Assembly (NCBI GenBank): GCA_041662785.1
Contig: JBAZRW010000002.1
Location: forward strand, 14,313-78,312
Source: Bdellovibrionales bacterium
GTDB lineage: Bacteria > Pseudomonadota > Alphaproteobacteria > UBA9219
DNA: 64,000 bases
Direction of reading: 5' to 3'
Shown here piece after piece: positions 57,707 to 64,000 of this stretch; position 1 is the first letter of the stretch, and the number at the start of each line of letters is the position of its first letter. A program made the position numbers and the translations under genes. The notes beneath the pieces are model-generated. The model worked only from the letters and a program-made list of their open reading frames with translations. It searched no databases and was not told where the DNA came from.

Positions 57707-58315
57707 TTATTCCTTCACGTCCGCCGCGACCTGCATCTTGATGATCTTGGACGGATCGCTGACCTTGCCGTTATCAAGGCGTGATCCTGTCTTGATCTTG
57801 TCCACGAACTCCATGCCAGAGGTCACATGCCCCCAGACGGTATATTGTCCGTCAAGATAGGAGGCATCATCAAAGCAGATGAAGAATTGGCTATCGCCGG
57901 AATCGGGGCTGGCCGCGCGGGCCATCGAAACCGTACCGCGTACGTGCGGCGACTTGCTGAACTCGGCCTTCAGTTTTTGGCCAGAGCCGCCCGTGCCGTC
58001 GCCCTTGGGGTCACCCGTCTGTGCCATAAAGCCCGGAATGACGCGGTGAAAGGCAAGGCCGTTATAGAAGCCCTGACGGGTCAGCTCTTTGATGCGGGCG
58101 ACGTGGTTCGGCGCTAGATCGGGGCGAAGCTGGATCACGACGCGGCCATCCGCAAGGTCAAGATAGATTGTGTTTTCAGGATCAAGTGTGGTTTTGGCGT
58201 CTGCGAACTGGGTCATGGGCAAAGCTCCGATAAGAAAGGCGAAAAGAAGAGTGAGAATGGTTTTTTTGGTCATTGGCGCACCCTGTGGTTTGTTGTATGA
58301 GTTTTCTATACTCAA
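57707..58315 (-). CDS. ppiA: Periplasmic cyclophilin-type peptidyl-prolyl cis-trans isomerase.
   Basis: Signal peptide plus the cyclophilin core (FHRVIPGFMAQTGDP...). Confidence 0.85.
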   Translation of the reverse strand: MSIENSYNKPQGAPMTKKTILTLLFAFLIGALPMTQFADAKTTLDPENTIYLDLADGRVVIQLRPDLAPNHVARIKELTRQGFYNGLAFHRVIPGFMAQTGDPKGDGTGGSGQKLKAEFSKSPHVRGTVSMARAASPDSGDSQFFICFDDASYLDGQYTVWGHVTSGMEFVDKIKTGSRLDNGKVSDPSKIIKMQVAADVKE

Positions 58316-58355
58316 GACAATTTAAGAGTTGGGTTATAGTATAAGAGGAAAAAAG

Positions 58356-58450
58356 AAAACGGGATGCCCGTTTTCACGGGCATGACGGGATTAGTGTTTG
58401 ATTCTAACCCTCTATCGTCATCCCCGCGAAAGCGGGGATCCCGTTTGTTT
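58356..58450. repeat. Family-A repeat, copy A8.
   Basis: AAAACGGGATGCCCGTTTTCACGGGCATGACGGG ... CGTCATCCCCGCGAAAGCGGGGATCCCGTTTG. Confidence 0.85.
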
Positions 58451-58520
58451 TCTTTCTTATTTGCCAACTCTTAAAGTGGAAAAGGTATACTTGTTTTTTA
58501 TCTTGGTGGGAAGGGCGTAA

Positions 58521-59060
58521 ATGAAGCGTAAGGCGCTATTTTTGGATCGGGATGGCGTGATCAACGAGGATGTCAACTTCGTCGGCACGGTGGAGCGGTT
58601 TGCCTTTAAGCAGGGAATCTTCGCTTTTCTTCGCGCCGTGCAGAGCCTTGGGTATCGGCTGGTTGTCGTCACCAACCAATCGGGGGTGGCGCGGGGGCTT
58701 TATACCGCGACCGATCATGAAACCGTGACCGCGCATATGCTGGCCGCGTTGGCGCATGAGGGCATCACAATCGATGCGGTTGAGACATGCTATCATCATA
58801 AAGATGGAACGGTTCCGCCCTATAACCGCGCCAGCTTTTGGCGCAAGCCGAACGCGGGCATGATTCTTGACGCGGCGCAGCGCCTTGGGATTGATCTCAC
58901 GCGTTCCGCGATGATAGGGGATAGGGAAGGCGATATGCTGGCCGCGCAAAACGCCGGTATTCCCGTGCGGCTGTTGCTTTCGGCCTCGGCGGCGCTGCCA
59001 GAGGGGGCTGCGCGGATGGCCTCGTTTGACGAGGCGTTGGCCTTCTTAAAGAAAGCCTAG
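58521..59060 (+). CDS. gmhB: D-glycero-D-manno-heptose 1,7-bisphosphate phosphatase / histidinol-phosphatase-family HAD hydrolase.
   Basis: ALFLDRDGVIN motif I, VVVTNQSG motif II, and K plus GD motifs. Confidence 0.7.
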   Translation: MKRKALFLDRDGVINEDVNFVGTVERFAFKQGIFAFLRAVQSLGYRLVVVTNQSGVARGLYTATDHETVTAHMLAALAHEGITIDAVETCYHHKDGTVPPYNRASFWRKPNAGMILDAAQRLGIDLTRSAMIGDREGDMLAAQNAGIPVRLLLSASAALPEGAARMASFDEALAFLKKA

Positions 59061-61270
59061 TTTGTCGTGAATCCGCCGATGTTGCGTAGGTAAAACTGGA
59101 ACAGGATTGTCCTGCCCGCTTCAACATCCACGCGTTCGGTGTAGTTGCGCGAGGCCGTGACGCCTGTGCGGAAACATTCATCCTCATAGATCAGGCCAAA
59201 ACCTGTGCTGCGCGGGCCGGGGGCTGGGTTGATTGCTTGCGTGTGGTTTGACGTCAGTGACCAGTATTTGGCAAAGGCGGAAGAAAGGCTATAAGTGACT
59301 TCCTCCATTCTATTGTTGGTGATGGTTGCCGTGTTCGGTTGATTGACGGAAAGATAATGGACAGACGGCCTAAAGAGGTTGGGGCCTGCCGAGGCTCTGA
59401 CTTCCTGTTTAGAGAAAGTCAGGTCTTTTTGATCCAGACGGAAACCGTAGTTGATGTTGAAGTAACTGTTGGGCGCGATGTCAAGACGGCCAACGTAATC
59501 CGAAAGTTGTTCGGTAAGGCCCGACCCTTCGTTAAAGGAGGAGTCGCGGTTCAGGCGAAAGACTTGACCCCCCACCATTTCAATGCGTCCGCCGTTGGCG
59601 CCTGTAATCGCGTGGCGTAGGCCATAGGCCGCGCGCGTGCCGCCTTCCACGCGGTCATTGCCGGCATAGCGGTTGGGGGAAAACAGATTGGTTTCGTCAA
59701 ACTCCATATCCAGACTGTCTTCATTGGGCAGCAGCGTGTGGCGCGAGACGCGTGGCGCGACGGAAAGAACGGCAATAGGCTCTAGCAATTGCTGATACGT
59801 CTCGCCATGACGCCCCAAAGGATAGCGCAAGGACAGATCGCCTTGAACAAAGGGGCGCGTGTGCACAACATTGGTGAAGCCGGTTCCCAGCGGAACATCG
59901 GCCATCGGCACATGATCCGCCCAATAGCTGTCCGAGCGAACAAGACCCGACACGGTTGTCAGGAAGCCGATGGACGAGGCCATCTGGCGCTCCCAGCCTC
60001 CCGCAAGCGACAGGCGGCGGGTATTCGCGCCTTGACGATTGGGATCGACATCGGTGCGGCGAGAGGTGACAAGCAGACCGCTGTTAAAAGACCAGCGTCC
60101 GCCCAGCGTTTTGTTCGGCTCGCCAAAGGCGCTGTATTTCATTTCAGGCGCGACGACAGGTTCGACCAGCTGGCTTCCGGGGCGCTGGTCTTTAAAATAG
60201 TACATATTGCCAGAGGCGTAGTTGCGGCCTTTAAAATTCTCGACATAGGCGCGGTTGACCAGCACGTCGTCGCCCGCAAGGCTATAGCGCTGCAAATAGC
60301 TTTTATCCGTCGTATAGGCGATATCGGTTCCCGCCCGCCATGTCGGCGTCAGGTCAAACAGCGTCGTTCCAAAAAGATGGCCGCGCCATTGCTGCCCTTT
60401 GTCGACCCCTGCGCTGCTTATAAAGTCTGTGCGGGCGACGCTGCCCGACCATTTCATCGAACCGTTGACGAAGCGATAGCGCCAATCGCCTTTCATTTGA
60501 AGTTTGTCCGTCGTGCTGAAAAGGGGTGTGACAACCAGATCGCTGTTAGGCGCGATATCAAAGTAATAGGGCGTGCGCGCCACCGTGCCCAGCGTGTTGT
60601 TAAGGCCTGCGGTAGGGGTCAGGAAGCCTTGCCTGCGCCGAACGGTGGGGTCGGGGTGCGAAAAATAGGGCGTATAAAAAACAGGAATACCGTCAAATTC
60701 CAACGTCGCATCGCGGTAAATCACGTTCTTGGTTTCCGTGTCATGCGTGATGCGTCGCCCTTTAAGTTGCCATAGGGGAGGTTTTTTCGGATCGTCCTTG
60801 CATAGATCGCAAGCGGAATAAATGCCGCGTTGGGTGATAAGATAGCGGCCTTCGTAACGCTGCGCGTCATTGGCAACCAAACGGGATTTGTCCGGAAAGT
60901 AGATGCCGACTTGATCGATGAAGCCTTGCTTCATGTCGGATGTCATTTCCATTTTGTCGGCAAACAAAATCTCTCCCGCTGTTTCGGTCAGGGCGACATG
61001 GCCGCTGGCCTGCACAACATCCGTCTTTTTGTTATAGGTGACGTTATCGGCGCGCAGCACCTTATCGTTCATGCTGACTTCCACATGGCCTTGCGCGGTC
61101 ATAATTTCGGTGTTTTCGTCATAGGCCAGATGATCGGCCAAAAGCAGCGGCGGCGGCGACGGCGCTTTTTCGGCAGCGCAAGCGGGCGCATGGAAAGAAA
61201 GCCACAAAAGCGTAGCCGCCAAACCGAACAGAGCGCACCGTCGCGCATGTTTTAAGCTTCGTTTTTGCAT
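59057..61270 (-). CDS. lptD: LPS-assembly protein LptD (OstA).
   Basis: Signal peptide, an N-terminal OstA/LptA-like beta-jellyroll (ADHLAYDENTEIMTAQGHVEV...), and a large C-terminal beta-barrel. Confidence 0.85.
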   Translation of the reverse strand: MQKRSLKHARRCALFGLAATLLWLSFHAPACAAEKAPSPPPLLLADHLAYDENTEIMTAQGHVEVSMNDKVLRADNVTYNKKTDVVQASGHVALTETAGEILFADKMEMTSDMKQGFIDQVGIYFPDKSRLVANDAQRYEGRYLITQRGIYSACDLCKDDPKKPPLWQLKGRRITHDTETKNVIYRDATLEFDGIPVFYTPYFSHPDPTVRRRQGFLTPTAGLNNTLGTVARTPYYFDIAPNSDLVVTPLFSTTDKLQMKGDWRYRFVNGSMKWSGSVARTDFISSAGVDKGQQWRGHLFGTTLFDLTPTWRAGTDIAYTTDKSYLQRYSLAGDDVLVNRAYVENFKGRNYASGNMYYFKDQRPGSQLVEPVVAPEMKYSAFGEPNKTLGGRWSFNSGLLVTSRRTDVDPNRQGANTRRLSLAGGWERQMASSIGFLTTVSGLVRSDSYWADHVPMADVPLGTGFTNVVHTRPFVQGDLSLRYPLGRHGETYQQLLEPIAVLSVAPRVSRHTLLPNEDSLDMEFDETNLFSPNRYAGNDRVEGGTRAAYGLRHAITGANGGRIEMVGGQVFRLNRDSSFNEGSGLTEQLSDYVGRLDIAPNSYFNINYGFRLDQKDLTFSKQEVRASAGPNLFRPSVHYLSVNQPNTATITNNRMEEVTYSLSSAFAKYWSLTSNHTQAINPAPGPRSTGFGLIYEDECFRTGVTASRNYTERVDVEAGRTILFQFYLRNIGGFTTN

Positions 61271-61305
61271 GCCTTCTGCTTGCCAGAGTCTTGATAAAGG
61301 GCGTC

Positions 61306-61399
61306 AACTTGAAAACCCGAAAACTTTTTGGTCGCTTTGATTAACCTATCTTGGTCTTAGCCGGCTTGGCGACGAAAAACTTTTCGGGTTTTCAAGCGG
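61306..61399. repeat. Near-perfect ~100-bp palindrome with 31-bp arms in the lptD / Mur-ligase divergent intergenic region.
   Basis: Left arm CAACTTGAAAACCCGAAAACTTTTTGGTCGC. The reverse complement of the right arm is CCGCTTGAAAACCCGAAAAGTTTTTCGTCGC. Confidence 0.8.
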
Positions 61400-61543
61400 A
61401 CTGAGTATAAACCGACAAGAATGTAATGGGCTGAAAACTTTGATTATTTGTTAACTTTTTGCTCGAAGTAGAATGGCGCCCGCTGGGGGCCGTTTTTTTC
61501 GTATTTCCTTGCCCTTTGGGGGCGTGCCCCATACATTTGCGGC

Positions 61544-62941
61544 ATGAAAAACAGCCCTTCCATCTTTTTTTGCGCCATAGGCGGCAGCGGCATGCTGCCG
61601 CTGGCTTTGATCATGAAAGAGCGGGGCTCTGCCGTGAGCGGTTCGGATCGCGGGCGCGATCAGGGGCGTACGCCAGAGCGTTTCGCCTTTCTGGAATCGC
61701 AAGGGATTCGCCTCTATCCACAAGACGGCAGCGGCGTAACGCCCGCCGTCAGCCGTGTGGTTGTTTCGACGGCGGTTGAGGAAACCATCCCCGATTACCG
61801 CGCCGCACTGGATTGCGGCCTTCCCATCGTGCGCCGCGCCGCCCTGTTGGCTGAGCTTTTTAATGAGGCCAAGAAGCGCGTGGCTGTGGCTGGAACCAGC
61901 GGAAAATCCACGACCACGGGCATGATCGGCTGGATTTTGCATCAAGCGGGGCTGAGGCCGACCGTGATGAATGGCGCGGTGATGAAGAACTTTGTGACGC
62001 CAGAAATTCCTTTAGCTTCCGCGTTGGTGGGTGATCCTGATCTGTTCGTCAGCGAGGTGGACGAAAGCGATGGCTCGATTGATGGTTTTACGCCAACAGT
62101 GGCTGTTTTGAATAACATAGCGCTTGATCATAAGACGATGGATGAGCTGCGCGGCCTGTTTTCCCGTTTCGTCGGTAAGGCGCAAAGCGTCATCATCAAT
62201 CTGGATAATGAAGAGACGGCGCGGTTGGCCAGCCCGTCCATGACCACCTATAGCCTGCGCAATCCGGCGGCGACGCTTGTCGCCAGCGATCTGGTTTTTA
62301 AGCAAGACGGCGTGCGCTTTAATGTTGTCCACACCCCCACGGGGGAGCGTGCGACTCTACGTCTTCCTGTGGTTGGGCGGCATAACGTATCGAACGCTTT
62401 GGCGGCGATGGGAGCAGCGATGGCTTTAGGCGTTTCTTTAACGACGTCGGCCAAGGCCTTGGAATCTTTTTCGAGTATAGCGCGGCGCATGGAAAAGATA
62501 GGCCAAGCGAAGGGCATGACCGTCTATGACGATTTTGCTCACAATCCCGATAAGATAGGGGCCAGTCTTGAGGCTTTGCATCAGTTTGATGGAAGGCTCT
62601 TGATTCTCTTTCAACCGCATGGTTTTGGCCCCCTTAAACTGATGAAGGATGCGTTTGCCGCGGCCTTCGTCGCGGGCCTGCGGCCACAGGACCGCTTGTA
62701 TGTCGTCGATCCTCTTTATCTGGGGGGGACGGTGGATCGCTCGGTCACCAGCCTTGATTTGACCAAGGGCGTAGAGGAGCAGGGGCGGCAGGCCTTTTAC
62801 CATCCCTCACGCGATGACGCTGCCGCCGCGATGGCGCTGGAGGCGGCTGCGGGGGATCGCCTAATTATTATGGGCGCACGCGATGACACGCTGCCCGCCT
62901 TGGCACAAGCCTTGCTGGACAAGGTGGCCAAATCCCTCTGA
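61544..62941 (+). CDS. Mur ligase family protein (MurC/Mpl-like), located outside any visible dcw cluster.
   Basis: N-terminal Rossmann motif CAIGGSGMLPLALI, P-loop VAGTSGKSTTTGMI, and the Mur ligase middle and C-terminal domains. Confidence 0.65.
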   Translation: MKNSPSIFFCAIGGSGMLPLALIMKERGSAVSGSDRGRDQGRTPERFAFLESQGIRLYPQDGSGVTPAVSRVVVSTAVEETIPDYRAALDCGLPIVRRAALLAELFNEAKKRVAVAGTSGKSTTTGMIGWILHQAGLRPTVMNGAVMKNFVTPEIPLASALVGDPDLFVSEVDESDGSIDGFTPTVAVLNNIALDHKTMDELRGLFSRFVGKAQSVIINLDNEETARLASPSMTTYSLRNPAATLVASDLVFKQDGVRFNVVHTPTGERATLRLPVVGRHNVSNALAAMGAAMALGVSLTTSAKALESFSSIARRMEKIGQAKGMTVYDDFAHNPDKIGASLEALHQFDGRLLILFQPHGFGPLKLMKDAFAAAFVAGLRPQDRLYVVDPLYLGGTVDRSVTSLDLTKGVEEQGRQAFYHPSRDDAAAAMALEAAAGDRLIIMGARDDTLPALAQALLDKVAKSL

Positions 62942-62952
62942 TTTTCGTTTGA

Positions 62953-64000
62953 TTACGACGAGCGTTTTTCCACGCTGCGTGGGCGACGAAGGAAGGCGGG
63001 CATATGCTCGCCAAAGCCTTGGCCATGATCGTCGCTGGCGCTGCTGTGGGCTAACGCCGCCGCTGATGCCGTCGTGTGGCCGTAAGGCTGAGGCGCGGGA
63101 TGTGGCGGCACATGCGGCGATTCATAGATGGGTTCAGGGACTCTTTCTGGCGCAGTCTCTGCCATCACGGCCTGTTGGGTCTTATCCTGCCGTGGCGCAC
63201 GCGCACGAGGGGGCTTGCCCCGTCCTCGTGGAGAAGAGGGCTTGCGATCGCGCCCCGAAGAGCGCCCTTCCTGAACGGGAGGCAGGTCGAGGGTTGAGCG
63301 TTCGATGTCTTTCTTGATCAGCGTTTCAATTGCGGCGACCAGCTTGCTTTCATCGGGAGTCATCAGCGTAAAGGCCGTGCCTTCCTTGCCCGCGCGACCT
63401 GTCCGCCCAATGCGGTGGACGTAATCTTCCGCGTTAAAGGGCACGTCGAAGTTAAAGACGTGGCTGACATCTGCGATATCAAGGCCACGCGCCGCAACGT
63501 CTGAGCAAACGAGAAGGGAGATGTTGCCGCTTCTGAAGGAATCCAGCGTTTCGGTGCGTGTGCTTTGATCCAGATCGCCATGCAAAGCGCCCGCGTTGAA
63601 GCCATGCTTTTGCAGCGATTTGTGGACGATGGCGACATCGCGCTTGCGATTGCAAAAGATAAAGGCGTTCTGCACCGCGTGATTGCGCAAAAGGGTGCGC
63701 AGCGCTTCGCGTTTGTGCCAGTCATTTGCGGTTGGCAAATTGACGATGGAATGCGTGATGTTCACACCCGTGCTGGCGGGCGGCGAAACGGTCACGGTTT
63801 TGGGATTGCTTAGGAACCGATCCGCCAGTTTGCGGATTTCGGGCGGCATGGTAGCCGAGAAAAACAGCGTTTGACGCATCGCGGGCAACAGCCCCGCGAT
63901 CTTTTCGATATCGGGAATAAAGCCCATATCCAGCATGCGGTCGGCTTCATCAATCACAAAAATCTTGATGTCGTTGAGCATAATCTGCCCACGCTCAAAC
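62953..64000 (-). CDS. DEAD-box ATP-dependent RNA helicase, C-terminal part. The N-terminus lies beyond the window end.
   Basis: Motif II VIDEADRML, motif III SAT, motif VI HRIGRTGRAG, and a basic Arg/Pro-rich C-terminal tail. Confidence 0.85.
   Translation of the reverse strand, partial: FERGQIMLNDIKIFVIDEADRMLDMGFIPDIEKIAGLLPAMRQTLFFSATMPPEIRKLADRFLSNPKTVTVSPPASTGVNITHSIVNLPTANDWHKREALRTLLRNHAVQNAFIFCNRKRDVAIVHKSLQKHGFNAGALHGDLDQSTRTETLDSFRSGNISLLVCSDVAARGLDIADVSHVFNFDVPFNAEDYVHRIGRTGRAGKEGTAFTLMTPDESKLVAAIETLIKKDIERSTLDLPPVQEGRSSGRDRKPSSPRGRGKPPRARAPRQDKTQQAVMAETAPERVPEPIYESPHVPPHPAPQPYGHTTASAAALAHSSASDDHGQGFGEHMPAFLRRPRSVEKRSS

Noticed and set aside
1-64000. CRISPR arrays, transposases, integrases, prophage genes.
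   Set aside because: None found. The only regular short tandem repeats are the heptanucleotide microsatellite at 29047-29116 and the protein-coding repeat in rlmB, and neither has CRISPR repeat-spacer architecture.

Overview
This is a high-GC alphaproteobacterial chromosome segment, judged from the divK-pleD operon, a permuted two-piece ssrA, an ELM1-like gene and an RlmB with an N-terminal extension. It is mostly housekeeping: aspS (partial), tyrS, prfC, rpsU, tRNA-Tyr, several RNA methyltransferases (rlmB, rlmD, a TrmH-like gene, trmFO), surE, mlaA, lptD, gmhB, kdsD/kpsF, anmK, cysE, hscB and glycerate kinase. Accessory modules are interleaved with these.

(1) A roughly 11-kb MSHA-like type IV pilus / type II secretion (T2SS)-like cluster at 3157-13945. 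It has a secretin, two prepilin-like genes, GspE/GspF ATPase and platform genes, MshI/J/K-like assembly genes, a divergently transcribed TPR protein and an ExeA-like ATPase.

(2) A four-gene operon at 30930-35311: an orphan zeta-toxin-family P-loop kinase, a tandem-duplicated ThyX-fold protein (first domain has lost the RHR motif), a KpsF/KdsD sugar-phosphate isomerase, and an unknown protein. It sits directly next to ssrA. I consider it the best candidate for an undescribed nucleotide- or sugar-nucleotide-modifying system.

(3) A circularly permuted tmRNA gene (ssrA, predicted tag ANDNVDMSAVAVAA) immediately upstream of the tag-specific ClpXP adaptor gene sspB. It is not in the ORF track.

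(4) A partner-switching module with no adjacent sigma factor: a response regulator fused to a PP2C phosphatase, a STAS-domain antagonist and an RsbW-like kinase. An unannotated 54-aa Flp pilin gene follows it.

(5) A (TTCAGAG)8(TAAAGAG)2 heptanucleotide repeat in the leader of an HpnN-like RND exporter.

(6) Two families of nested palindromic REP/MITE-like repeats, with at least 8 plus 2 copies in 64 kb. One copy supplies the start codon of a pilin-like gene.

(7) Islets of lower GC: a HAD-like hydrolase divergent from a double left-handed-beta-helix acyltransferase, an HD hydrolase, and small unknown genes.

No CRISPR array, integrase or transposase is visible. All calls rest on reading the sequence and remembered family motifs; no database search was run.
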